From Lama glama (taxonomy: Eukaryota): DNA of 64,000 bases. Position 1 is the stretch's first letter; every line of letters begins with the position of its first letter. The position numbers were made by a program, and so were the translations under genes. Positions 23,591 to 35,932 of the stretch are shown in pieces. The stretch covers positions 26,228,001-26,292,000 of the forward strand of contig CM052818.1 of the NCBI GenBank assembly GCA_028534125.1, read 5' to 3'. The notes beneath the pieces were generated by a model, which was given only the letters and a program-made list of their open reading frames with translations, had not been told where the DNA came from and made no database searches.

Positions 23591-24439
23591 CAGCTCATTT
23601 CCCCAACATTAACTACTTAAAAATGAGGGCATAAATTCCAAAGCTGAATGCTTCTTTTCTATTTTGATAACCTTTTAGAAGCAGTGTAAGAGGTCTCATT
23701 GGAGATAATCCTTATATTTTTGCAGCTTGATAATCTATATATACCAATATGCAAGAGTAGGCAGGATTTAAACGCTTAAAGATGAATTGCCTGTCCACCT
23801 GTGTACACAATCCAGTGTTTGGACAGGATGAGCTATGATTAATTTAAATCAATAACTGAAAAATACAGCCCACCACCACTCCACCCATTCTGTAAGAAAG
23901 GATCATGAAATTCGCAAAGGGCACCTGAAACAGCCCATAAAAAAGTCATGGTTAATGCCTGGGTCAACACGATCCACCTTTAGTTTAATTTACAAAAACT
24001 ACGAGAGAGAAAGCCACAGGGGTCTGGACACACTCATTCTAAGTATGAACTAATTTCTCCCAGACTATGAGGGAATCTTTTTCTGAGGAATTCAGTTCCT
24101 TGAACTTGACTTTGCTTAGTGTCTTTAGAGTGAAGAAGAAAACGACTGCCAGACTGAGACAGAAATCTTTTATTCTTTGGCCAGACTCTGATCAGCAGAG
24201 AAATAAGATAATGATGCTTGGTGAGTGAGTACCCAGAGGAGCCTTCTCTCATCTACAGCTGCTGGAAACAAGGAGTAGCCATGTGGAGAGGCAGGGCTTT
24301 GTGAAGCTTTGCAAGGCTGTTCTCCATGAATAAGGTCACTGCTCATAAAATCCGAATTTGTCTGAGCTAAAAGGGACCTGTCTCATTGCCTTCCGATACT
24401 TTTGCTTCATAAATATGTCCTCAAGCTGAAAAAGCACTG

Positions 24440-24600
24440 GCCCCACATTATCACATTGATCTGTAGGGTAGGGTAGTCATCTATTTCCACTTTAGATGAA
24501 AATATGACCTCAGAAGATGTTCAATGACTCACTCAAGGTCACACAGCTAGTCTGTCATGGAGAAAGAGCCTGAACCATGGTTCTATCCTCTGAGTTTGGT
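24440..24600 (-). mobile_element. MIR SINE
   Basis: tttagatgaaaatatgacctcagaagatgttcaatgactcactcaaggtcacacagctagt. Confidence 0.7.
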
Positions 24601-26519
24601 CACTGGCCATTGCTAATCTTAAAAAGCAGGACCTGAAGCTCATCAAGGTAAAATAACATCCCACGGTTACCTAGGGACCGTGTACAAGGGCAGAGACTCA
24701 AGCGCAGGCCTATGATTATTTAGCAGAGCCAAAGGGACCAGTCACTGCTCAATGCATAGATACATGTCTCACAGGGAAGCATCCTACTTCCTTCCTCCCT
24801 GTCCCCTAAATATCCCAGGGATTTGCCCATCTGCCCTTTCCCCACTGCCTACCCTCTGTTCTCCTACTTCGATTCCACTGAAGGAAATGCCAGAAGATCC
24901 TGACATGCACACAATCCCTTCCTCCCCCTGACCCTGAGAACCAGGAAGCCCTTTCAGTTATGGGGAGTTTTGTTTTATTTTCAAATTTAATGACCATGGG
25001 AAAAAAGAAGGCAAGTTAATAAGGTACCAAAACTTCCAGTTACTAAAAAACTTAAAAATAATGGTGCTCACTTTCCTAAATTAATAACTCTAAGTACTTA
25101 GCATAGGACCTGACCTACTAGATGCTCAATCAATGATAGATATCTACCCTTTATTATAACATTTACTCTCAGCCATTCAGCTAATTAAAAGCAGAACCTG
25201 TCTTTAGTCTCTTTGTGTAGTGCTCTGTCACAGTTGGTCCACTGGGTTGTGATGCTTGAATTAAATAGCACAGGTAAGACAGGGGTGGTGAACTTGGAGG
25301 ACAGGAGTATGGGGCTAACAAAGATGGGGCAAATTACAGTTTATCAGTTACAAAGGGTGGGTCATCTAGAGAGGGTTCCTGCATGGATGTGGGGAACACA
25401 GGGCTCAGACAGAATGTGTATATTGCTTGACTCCTTGACAGGAATTAAAAAGCGAAAAGATGTATTTGGCTGGAGAGGAAGGATTAACGAGAGAGGGGGG
25501 CAGAAACTATCCCCTGTGCTGTCTGCTCTGCCAGTAGGGTACAAACCTTTTTCCTTTCGGTCCAGAGTGAAAGGAGATGATGAGAGAGGAAGATTTTGGG
25601 AATCCAGAAGGTTTTGGGGTCCTGGGGAGAGGGAAAAGTGCCTTCCTTAGCTTTGGACCCCTTCTGGGCTATATCCAATCACACAATAGCCAAGAAATCT
25701 CCAGACTCCCCTTCCAGCATCTCCTCCCTGCTCCACTGAGCACTGCCCCTACATCCAGGCATGTATTCCCATCTCTGACCCAGATGGCTGCAGTCATGTT
25801 CCCCTCAGCTCCTCCCCAGCAAGCCTTTTCCAAGACTCTCCTCCCCAGAGGGTTGTCCTGCCCTCCCCTAGGCTGGCCATGTGGAGTCTGTCTTTTTCCT
25901 CCCATCTCTTTACACTTGTGTATTTGGTCTTTGACGCAGGGGCTGACCCCACATGTTATATCACTGTGTGCAGAGCACATTCTGCAGGCGAATGACTTAC
26001 AGCACATGCTTCGTCTTCTGTTCTTTCTATTAGGGGCGTGATTTAAAAGATGGATGTTTATAACATGACCCAAGGAATTTCATCCTCCTCTGGAAAACTG
26101 TGTAGGAGAGAATCCTAATGGACAAAGAGTAATGTTTTCTGGGCTCCAGCCAAATGTTTGGTCTTGTTTTAAAAAGCCTCTGCACTCACCTTTTATTGTT
26201 TATGGTAAACTCTCTACTTCACCGTGTCGCTAGCTCTTTCCAAAGGGAGTGGTGATAAATAAGTGAGCATTTCATTTGTTTTCCCAAAGAAACAAACTGT
26301 AATTGCAGTGATGATGTGTTAATTCTGTATTAAGTGACTTCTTGACCAAGCACCTTAAAAGGCTATGCAGCTTTTGCTCTCCTGCATTGCACTGCGGATG
26401 AGGGTGGGGGAGCGAATCTGAAAGACAAATCAGATTGAAGTGCTGGGGACATCCAGCAGAAGAGTAACTCCTTGTTAATAAAGCAACTCAGCAGTGTCTG
26501 CCTCCTATAGTTCCTTGGG

Positions 26520-26720
26520 TGGCAGTTTGGCATGATGGAATGGCACAGGATTTGCAGTCAATTCTGGTTCAGTCACTTGGGTAAGTGATGTAACCACTCT
26601 GAACCTCTGTTTCTTCATCTGCAAATGGGGATAATGATAAGTACCCCTGGGGGCTATTGCAAGGATTAAATAAAATAAAGTATGTGTAAAGAGGATAATA
26701 ACAGTAATAAATACTTCCTG
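26520..26720 (+). mobile_element. MIR SINE (well preserved)
   Basis: aaccactctgaacctctgtttcttcatctgcaaatggggataatgataagtacccctgggggctattgcaaggattaaataa. Confidence 0.88.
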
Positions 26721-26809
26721 CTGTGTTTTCCTTTGACAGATTTCTTGCACCTTTATGACCCTGAGGAAGGAAGAGGGTGGACGCTGCCTCAGGAAAGAGA
26801 AGGGTATAA

Positions 26810-27764
26810 TGTAGGAGAAACCTTATCAGATAGGAAAGGAATCAAAACCCCAAAAAGGTTCTAAGAAGTAAAATAACTTTAAAGGGATCCCAGAGAAGAC
26901 AGGGTTCCCTGAGAAGACTGAGAAAATGTTAAGTCCCTTTAAAGAATTCCTGTATTAAATATTACATCTCTTAAGTATTGGAAAATGCAAAGTGTTAGCA
27001 TAATGATCGGGGATAGGGTGTAGATTTTCTCCAAAAATGAGGTTAACATGTGTGAATACCGAGGTTTATTGGGGCCCAGAGAAGATTGTACTAGCCTTAA
27101 GTGAAGCTGTCCCATGGGGAAAAAGAACCTGACACAATGACTATGGGGTAGACTCTATCCAGCTGTGAGGGAGACAGAAGGTCATGCCTCTGGAGTGCCA
27201 GGAAGCTACGTAGTGGACATCTAGTTAGTTGTTCAAAGACCAGCAAACATGCCGCACAATAGAGCCAGCAATTAAGACGCCAACACCCCAGACCAGACCA
27301 TTTGAGGGGACCAGAGCTGGAGCCAACAGCGAACAGACCACGAGTTTCATCAGCCATGGACTTGAGCCATGGATATCAGATAAGTGCCCAGGGTACAGAC
27401 CTAGCCAACCACATTTGATCAGAGACCCAGCTGGTGGACCCTTTTCCCCATCACCACGAGAACGCGCTTCCCTCTTCAGCCAGATGCCATCTTAGTTGAG
27501 GGAGGTGGGAAACCTAAGTGATATAACATTTTCCCAAAGATACATAGGTTACCCTGGAGCATCTGTCTGAACTTTAGGTAAGAGACTGTTTCGAATCCAA
27601 GGACTCTTGTAAATAGAAAAGTTTCTGTCTCCTGTCTGCCCTTTCCCTACCCTCTGGCCCAGTAGGATGGGGACTTATGAGGATTAGTTGCAGAGAAATA
27701 AAAAAGTCTAACTGACTTGTACACTATTATATTCTAACCCTTCTCAGAATTTAATAGCACCACA
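26810..27764 (+). mobile_element. Probable ancient solo LTR (Gypsy/ERV-like, family uncertain)
   Basis: Begins TGTAGGAG and ends CACCACA, with AATAAA ~65 bp before the end; ~950 bp; overall style of old mammalian LTRs; TSD unclear. Confidence 0.4.
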
Positions 27765-28269
27765 GATAGGAGACAGTGCATGTGAGTTCCCTTAAATGTA
27801 ACTGAAAATATCCAATTGGGTGGAATCCCTCAAAATGAAAAGATATATTTCTCAACTAAAGTTATTTTCAAAGAAGCTCCTCATTCCTGGTATATTAAGT
27901 GCAGCTAACACAGATTAGGAAGAAAGCTTATATGTTTTTATTGGTCACAGGCTGGTTTTGTTTATTATAACACTGAAAGAAAGAAAAATGGAAATATTTC
28001 CTTATGTTTCAGCTAGTGTATGTTTTATACTCAACATAGTTCAGATTTTTTCCTGCTACTCCCCAAGTGTGGCGGGGCGGGGGTGGGGGGCGGTGAAGAC
28101 ATCACAGCAAAATCCCCTTTTCTAGTGTGATGACATTTGCCCCACGTGGTGCTCCTCATCCCCTGCTTCCTAGTGCTTTGGAGTTGGGGTCACCCATCTT
28201 AGCCACTAAATTTTTGCTACTGACCCTTTCCAACTTTATTCCAGATCTCTCCTAGTTATTTTGTCATCC

Positions 28270-28415
28270 ATCTTCATTTAATCAGGCCAAATGCCCTCTG
28301 TGAAAGTTATTATTGTCTCCATCTTGCAGATAAAGAAACAATGGCAGCAGAGTTAAGATATTTCTAAATATTTATAGCACGTAAAATGATGAGAGTTTGG
28401 TATGAGCCCCAAATC
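28270..28415 (-). mobile_element. MIR SINE
   Basis: cttcatttaatc...ttattattgtctccatcttgcagataaagaaac. Confidence 0.65.
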
Positions 28416-29784
28416 CTTATTAAAATATGATTCTTGGAGGAGGCTTGACAGTCAGAAAATATAATCTGGGAGACCAAGGTAGCTTCAGAGCGCCCCCCCC
28501 CCCCCGGCCTCGCCCGTCACGGACCCCTAGGAAGCTGGCTGAGAAGTGGAGAAAGGAAATATGTTTTCCCACCCTGCCCCTTTCTCTCCAGAGAAGATCA
28601 CCCACAAGGGCCAGTAAATGACCCATTTTTAGATACTTGACCGTCATCTCTGAGTAAGAAAAACACACAAGAATTTCTTTCCAGAAGGAAGAATAGGTAC
28701 TTTTTTTTCTGTCATCAAAACAGCAGGTGAGGATTGGTTCTCAAGGAACTGCCCCCAAATCTGAAGCAAATCACAAACAGGCAACACCATTTATTCAGTG
28801 TCTGTCAAGTCCCCAGGGTTCCTTCAGGTCTAATTCCCTCTCCAGCTGGGTCTGCAGAGGGAGGGGGAAGGCTTGACAAAGAGTGATGGGGATGGTGCGG
28901 TTCCTTTCCCTTTAGACCAGGACTGTTATGAGTTTTAAACATATTAGGACCAAATTTAGCAATTAAAAAGTTAATTTTGACTCTTTTTCAAATCCACTTC
29001 ACCTAGAAATGCATTATGTAAGTGGAAACATGGAACTGGTCATATTCCCTACCACTCTGAAGTGACCAGGGACGGGCTAAACTGATGGCTTTTCAACATT
29101 TTTCCCCCCAAAAGAAATACTACAGGGAAGTCCAATACATACAACAGCCAAAGGCCAACAGCTCTGGGTGAAATAAAGGGCTGACAGAGCCCCACCCTCT
29201 GTTCTCCCCTTTTCTGCCCCTCCCACGCATCCCTGGGACATCCCATTGGAACCTCACAGGCTCCACAGAGTGCAGTTTGAAAATCACCGAATATGTTAAA
29301 AATGTGAGCGGGAAAACCACACGTGAAGAATTATTACTAAGGGCTCCCCTAAGCGTCATGCTTGTACTTTGGGAAATTGTGATTCATTAACCAAATCAGA
29401 ACTTGCCACCATTTCTTCGAGGGTACTTTATCCCAGGGATGCTGGGATGCACACAGAATAGATTCATTCCATTGCCATAGTGGCCATTCTAAATTTTAGC
29501 AAATACTGTCCCTTTGCTTTAATTCTACTTAAATATTCAAATTAGGCATATTTTTATTATTGACTCACACACTGTGCTAGACTCAACAAGAGTCATTAAA
29601 CTGTTCAAAACACAGTTGTTTCTCAAAGAACTCCCAATATAGACAGTATGAAAAGACACAAATAAACATAAAGTGAAACAAAAAGCAAGTAACAATTTAA
29701 GTGAAGAGATTTTGCAGGATAACATGTGATTAAAGGCCAGAGTTATTGTTCAGAAAAGAATTGTTATAAGGACTCCAGTACTAA

Positions 29785-30330
29785 GATAGCTTTCAATCTC
29801 AGTGGCATCCTAGTTAGAGTATCCAGCAAAACGAAGGAAGTCAAGCTCCACTCCCTTTAGCCTGGTCACGTCTCACCTGGAATGTGGACTTGGTTTGGTG
29901 CCCCACTTTCAGAAGAGCATGATCCTGGGGTAATGGGCCTTGATGTGAAATCATGTTCTACGCAGAAGTGTTGATAGCGTTGTAGCCACTTTGCTGGGAG
30001 AAGGTGGAATGTTCGTGTGGTCCTCACTTCACCAGGGATTTTCATTGAAAAGGATATGGCCAGTCTCTCAACACTCCTTTTCCGTGCCATCCCTCCTATT
30101 CTCCTCTCCAATGGGGCTGGCACAAGGGGGTGCCCTTCACACAGATTGCAATGCAACGGGTGTCCCTGTGCAAGGCAGTAGCTCCGTCACTGCCATTATA
30201 AAAAGGGATTCGGTTTTTAATATGTGGCTCCAAAAGGTAGACAAAAATGCAAAGATCAGAAGACAAGGTTAGTGAAATTTGGGTTTAGGATAAGGACATT
30301 CTAACAGTGGGAGAAGACAAAAGCTCTAGA
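29785..30330 (+). mobile_element. CR1/L3 LINE remnant
   Basis: ctccactccctttagcctggtcacgtctcacctggaatgtggacttggtttggtgccccactttcagaagagcat and tttgggtttaggataaggacattctaacagt resemble the L3 3' region. Confidence 0.6.
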
Positions 30331-30454
30331 TAGAAGTATTTGGAAAGGGGTCAGGTAGAGGGGAGTCTGTGCTTCTAAGATTAATTGTGCTTTTATGATG
30401 TGACTGGTTTTGGGGCATTTAAGTTTTAATTTTTTTCACAATTTTTTTCCTTCT

Positions 30455-30635
30455 TAATCATCACTACTATACTCCCAGGCAGGAACTATAATTATCTTTA
30501 TTTTGTAGATGAAGAAACTGCAGCCTTACTTTTTGCTTTACTTTCCTAAGGTCACAAGAGAACAAATCAACGCTGGCACTTAAGCTCTGATCTCTCTGAT
30601 TCCAGAATGCAAACTCTTAACCACTATTCCACACT
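30455..30635 (-). mobile_element. MIR SINE
   Basis: attttgtagatgaagaaactgcag...tttcctaaggtcaca...ctgattccagaatgcaaactcttaaccact. Confidence 0.75.
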
Positions 30636-31042
30636 GACTGTTAACAAGGAGTTACAAAATCCCATTGTTCTTAGTGTGTTCATCTGTTCCATTGCAGCTA
30701 ACCTTGGTCTACAAATAAAATTAGATCTTGACCTTGTACCTCAAAGGGTAAAATCATTTCTCTGAAACAAAGGTAGGTGAGCTGGATGTGTCCTGCTCTC
30801 ACTACTCACTGATATCTCTATCTGGGACTCAGGGGTGAAGCCACACACCTGGGCTCCAGATGGGGAAAGCTGTCTTGCACAAGCATATGCCGCCAGATCC
30901 AATTCCATCACTCAGGCACCCAATGCACCAAAGATGTACAAAAGCTCAAGCTGGATATTTTGATTTTGTCACTTCCCAAATGCCGTCTCCAAAAATAACA
31001 CCTTAGGGAGGGAAGATGTGGCTTGATGGGATACTGAGAGCC

Positions 31043-31074
31043 GCTGGTGGGAGCTGGTGGGAGCTGGCGGGAGC
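31043..31074 (+). repeat. 10-bp tandem repeat (GCTGGYGGGA)x3
   Basis: gctggtggga gctggtggga gctggcggga gc. Confidence 0.9.
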
Positions 31075-31707
31075 GGAGCCCATCAGAGCACACTCAGTGC
31101 CCACTGTCACTGTGGAAACACTGAGATGAAAGGGGGAGACAAAACTCTTCACCACGTGTGCCTCTGACGGCTGCAGCTCTCCCATTGCCAGTGCTGTGTC
31201 TGCTATGAAGACCATGGGGAGGCCCTCACGGAGGCTCTGTTAGTGCTAAAACAGATGTTCCTCCAGCAGGCACGTCTTAGGTGGCCACTTTCACGGGGTG
31301 GAAAAGGATAATCTACACCTTCCTGTTCTTGCCAAAATAACCATGTGTAGGCCTTTGTTCTGCAAGCCTCTGGAACACACAGATAGCTTTCCAAGCAGTG
31401 GGAACCTCCTGTCTTGTTCGGTCTTTGGAGAAACTCTTGTTCTGTCCATTTCACCCCAGTTTCCTGAAACCCTGGCCATCGCACTCCCGTGGCTGGAGCC
31501 TGTGAGAGCCTCCTTTGTAAGGAGACTTTTCACAGCCAAAGCCATCATGGCCGGCAGTGAGGGACACTAGGCCTCAAGCCAATGACAGCAGTGACAGGTA
31601 TTGCCTTGGCTTCCCGGCTGAGAGGTTCCCCGCCTGCAGTTCTCTTTGCCTCATTTAGCTCCTTTCCAGGGAGGGTGGCAGCAGAATCACTGCCTGTGGG
31701 CTACAGT

Positions 31708-31727
31708 TGGCGCCACCTGGCAGGGGG
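31708..31727 (-). promoter_or_regulatory. CTCF-binding motif candidate
   Basis: Reverse complement CCCCCTGCCAGGTGGCGCCA; core CTGCCAGGTGGCGC is one mismatch from CCRSYAGRKGGCRS. Confidence 0.45.
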
Positions 31728-32845
31728 AGAGGATGGCAGAGGACCAACCTGCTGCTCAATCAAATGCCTGGGGAAACTTCTGCACCCTGGGTTGACCGAG
31801 AAACAAGCTACAAAGCAAAACAAAGACTTCTCCAAAGCAATCCAAACATGGAAGCCCAAAATGTATATTCAAACCTTTCCTCCATTTTCCTTCCCTATGA
31901 ATTTGGAGCATTTGCAGCAAAGAGAGAAAATGGAATGAGATGGATTTAGAAAAGAGTAGTAGGTTAGTGAGTCATGCAGAGAGGCAGAGTGATAAAGTGA
32001 AAAGAGAAATGGACTTGGAGTAAGATCACAGATTTGTCCCTTGTCCCTATGCCTGTGTGGCCCAAGGGAGGTCACCTCTCAGCTCTAAGACCTGGGTCTT
32101 TAAGGTCCCTTTCAGCTATAAAATTAAGACCTATGAGTTCTTGGTTGTATAGACAGAATTCTTCCAAGACCATAATTACTCTCATAATCCAGAACTATTT
32201 ATTAAATAATGAGTGTGTGATTTTCTGAAGATAGGAGCAAGAAGACATGGTCCTTACAGGCTGGAGAGCCATGACACGGACCAATAGCTATGCATGTGAG
32301 TGTCTAAAAGTTCAACTAATAGGAATTAATAATGTAAATATTAAGAATTTAATAAGCCAAAGAGAAGTTTATACCACGGGACAGTGAGTGAAAGGGGAAT
32401 TTTTTTGACAAGGGAAGCCCAGCACCTTCTATTTCAATTGCTCCAGAAACTAAGACATAGGGACTCCATGGCATGGAGCACATCCTAAGCGTCACATGGC
32501 AGAGCTGTGCTCTGTTGCCATTTGCAACAAACACGAAGGGGTGATGGATCAAACAGAAGAAGCCCTCTGGGGTTCACTACCATAAATGCTGAAGACCAAG
32601 GCTGCACAGCTATACTCACTGGAGCAAGATTCTTTTTATGGATGTCCTTGGTCACCTTGAAGAGACTAAGAATGTTTAAAGACCCTCACCAGTTCCCAGT
32701 AAGGAGGGGAATCAGGATTCAAACCCAGACTGCCTGGCACCAGAGCAAAAACACTTTTAACCATAAGCCTATATTGCCTGCTTCAGAATTCTGCCAACCT
32801 GAGCAGCAGCGATTCCCAATCCTGATGAAGGGAAATCATCAACAT

Positions 32846-33021
32846 TAGTGGTTCTCTAGCCAAACTGCGTATTAGAATCACCTGGAGAGCTTTGTCACTA
32901 CCCATGCCAGGCTCGCCCCCAGAGTTTCCAGTGTTCTTGGTTTGAGGAAAGGCCAGGTCATCAGTCATTTTTAAAAGCTCTCCCCAGGTGACTCTAAGTG
33001 CAGTTGGGGTGTGAATCACTG
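32846..33021. mobile_element. MER5A/MER5A1-like hAT-Charlie MITE
   Basis: Terminal inverted repeats tagtggttctc...gtgaatcactg; internal tagaatcacctggagagcttt and tttttaaaagctctccccaggtgactcta. Confidence 0.85.
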
Positions 33022-35752
33022 ATGTTCATAATGAAAAATGTCAGACTCCAAATAAATCAAACTCAGGTTTAGGGCTGCCTTCATGGGATGTATCCATGGC
33101 AGATTGGAGTTGACTGTTTGAATGGCTTGTGGAAGCAAATACAAATCTTAGAATCCTTTAGAGGTAGATGAATTTCTGGACCCATAAGGACTCTGGTCTT
33201 GGTGAAAATTCCCCACATGTTACAGGCCTCCATTGGAGAAATCATCCAAAGAACACAACTAGAAATTCATTCTGGCTGCAAATATTTACATGGATTGTTT
33301 GTTTCAAGAAGATAAATTTAACCACTTAAGTTCCTGTTGATGGGTGAACACTTTCTCCCTCCTCTCTGGTTTCCAGGAACAGAGATTTTCCCTGAACCTG
33401 CCTTACTTCTTGCCTTACCACTAATGCCCCAGAGGTGGCATTCCGGGTGGTGACTAAGGGAAGGGAATTCACATGTGTGGTCCAGGTCCTCTCTCTCTCT
33501 CCCTTCCCATTAGAAGCCAGCTTCCCCTGGAAAGCTCACAGTCTGTTCTGCTATGTCTTGTTCTACAGGGTCTCTCAGGGGGAGACCTAAGTCTTCAAAG
33601 ACTGTCCATGGCGTGAGGCAATGCTTCCTAATTCAGGGCACAGAGCTAGCCACACCGCACATCTTAGCTGTTCTCATTAACCAAGGTGATATTTTAACCA
33701 CCCTCTGCATTATTCCTTGTTCATCTCTTAGTTCAGAATTTGGATGGAGGAAAGAGAGATGCTATGTACTGACTTCTTAAATAAATCTCATCAGTTCCCT
33801 TTAAAATGTCATTTTCCCCTAGCTGGTTCTGCACAGAATGAAAGAAACAAGAAAATACTACAAATTCTTACCCCGTCTATATTATCTCACTATTGTACTC
33901 TAATCCTCATTATAAAGCATTAGCTTTTTCTTAAAATAATAATAAACCATTTGTAATTCACAACTGGCAACCAGAGCTTCAGTATTAATCACAAGAGCTA
34001 TAAGGAGATTTTTAAATATTTTCCCCAAGAGCATCCATGAATAGCACCAAGGTGAGTGGTAAGTCCAGGCTTCAGATGCCTCCTTTCCTAACTAGAGGCC
34101 AAAAGAAAAGGCTTTCCAGATCTTCCAGAGTATGTACGACATGAGTAGCTCCTACTAGAAAAGGGAACCAGACTCCCGTCATCTGACACTAACGAGGTGC
34201 CTTCCCTTAAGGGCTTAAAGAGATCTGGAGGAGGACGAGCAGATAACCTTCAGCCTAAATAACTAATATCATCACTGCTCTGGAATCTCTCTGAAGCATG
34301 CCCGGTTACAATGTGAAATTCCACAGGGCACGTGGCCCTCTGGATGCCATCCAAAGGAGAAGTTATCAGAAGGACCTCATCCTAACATGTGCCCCTGGGA
34401 CAGTGTTCATGGGCAAGCTTCGGGGCAGCTGGTAAAATTCTGGTGCTAGTCAGTGAATCACTGCATGCTTGTTAATACAGTCAAGCCTCAGTTAAGAAGC
34501 AACAACTCAGTCTGTTACTCGCCCATTCTTCATCCCCTCATTGCCCAGTTAGCTTCTAGCTTGTTCATAATGCAGCTCTGGGTGTCTGACAAAACGAGCT
34601 TCTTGTTAGCGATGCCTAATCCAGAGGATTTTCTTGTGATCTGTTGTTTTCTATTACCCGCACCTCTGCTTCATGGCATGCTCTCAGCTAACTGATGTGG
34701 CTGAAGGCATGAGGATTCCGCTCATGGACTCCGCTCTCCCATAGGGGTCAGATGCCAAGACAATGTCACAACAGTGAAAGGAAGAGCCCAGATGGCCAGG
34801 CTCAGGTGGTAAAGGCCCTCAGAATCTGCCTGGAGGCTCTCACTGGCTTTAGATTGAAAACCGTCTTGGCCCCATCCAGCAGCGAAAGCCATTTAATGAC
34901 ATTATGAAAGCACGGAGCTTAAACAGAACGATGCACGTGGGGCAGGAATTTGGACCCCAGAAGAACTGCTTAAGCACAGATTTTTTTTTTCTACGGTATT
35001 TGACTCGAACAAATGAAGTAAGAATTTTCCTTTTGTTCGTCTGGCCTTTGGCATTGTTTACTTTCTTTTTATTATTCTCAAAGACACTTAGAGCTCTGGC
35101 AGTGTTTCTGTCCTAAAATCTTATGGTCAGACGTTTATTTTTCAGCTGTTTCAAATCATGTCTGGTAGAGGGAGTGCTCTGCCTAGGCTCATTGCTTTAC
35201 CTCAGAAGAAATAAAGCTCGCCCTTTAAATGACAATATTGATTATTTACAGCTTTAAGTTTTCTACACTTAAGCTGCGGGCTTCATTTAAAAATCTGTTT
35301 TCCCTCATCACAAAGGGACAATGGTAGAACTCCCCACTCTTCAGGCATCTGGGTAACGACCTAACACCATATCTTGAACTATCCCTGTGTCTTGTCAGAT
35401 TTTCACTGCGTGTGTAGTAATTCTTTGTCAATGGTGGTTTTGTCAACTGTGGTTTTTGAGGCAAGGAGATTTTATACTTGTGCTTGAAATTTTTTAAATA
35501 TATAAGGTTTTGACATTTGCAAAGTTTAATTCAGTCCTCTTTAAAAAGGAACCCCATACGCTGTTTTCCCTCCCTCCTCTATCAGGGTGTGCGTGGGACA
35601 GTGTCGACTTTATGTGCTTGCTGCCTTTAGGGAACAAGGACAGAATATCAATGAAGAAAGACGAGCCCTTCAGCCTCGTGATGATCTGTGAAAAGCTCAG
35701 ATTAATTTGGCAGGCATTTTCTTGACACCTGTGAAAAGTCAGAGTGTGAGAG

Positions 35753-35822
35753 AGGGTAGCATAATGGCTACGAGGCCGTGTTCTGGAGCTGGACTGCCTG
35801 ACTGGATCCCAGCGGCTCAGCC
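35753..35822 (+). mobile_element. MIR 5' fragment
   Basis: gtagcataatggctacgaggccgtgttctggagctggactgcctgactggatcccagcggctcagccac. Confidence 0.65.
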
Positions 35823-35932
35823 ACAGTGGGTTAAATGGTGCCCCCTCCCCACAAAAGATATGAGCGCCCCCTAACCCCAAGAACCTATGAATGTGGCCTT
35901 ATTACTTGGAGAAAGGGTCTTTGCAGATGTAA
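35823..35932 (+). mobile_element. MLT1 (MaLR) LTR 5' fragment
   Basis: gtgggttaaatggtgccccc...aaaagatat...cctaaccccaagaacctatgaatgtggcctta...ggagaaagggtctttgcagatgtaa. Confidence 0.8.

Noticed and set aside
25213..26073. Three 134-154 aa overlapping ORFs
   Set aside because: No recognisable homology or supported exon structure; overlap on both strands suggests chance
33425..33442. CTCF-like CCCCAGAGGTGGCA
   Set aside because: 5' half of the core mismatches at three positions; much weaker than the two reported sites
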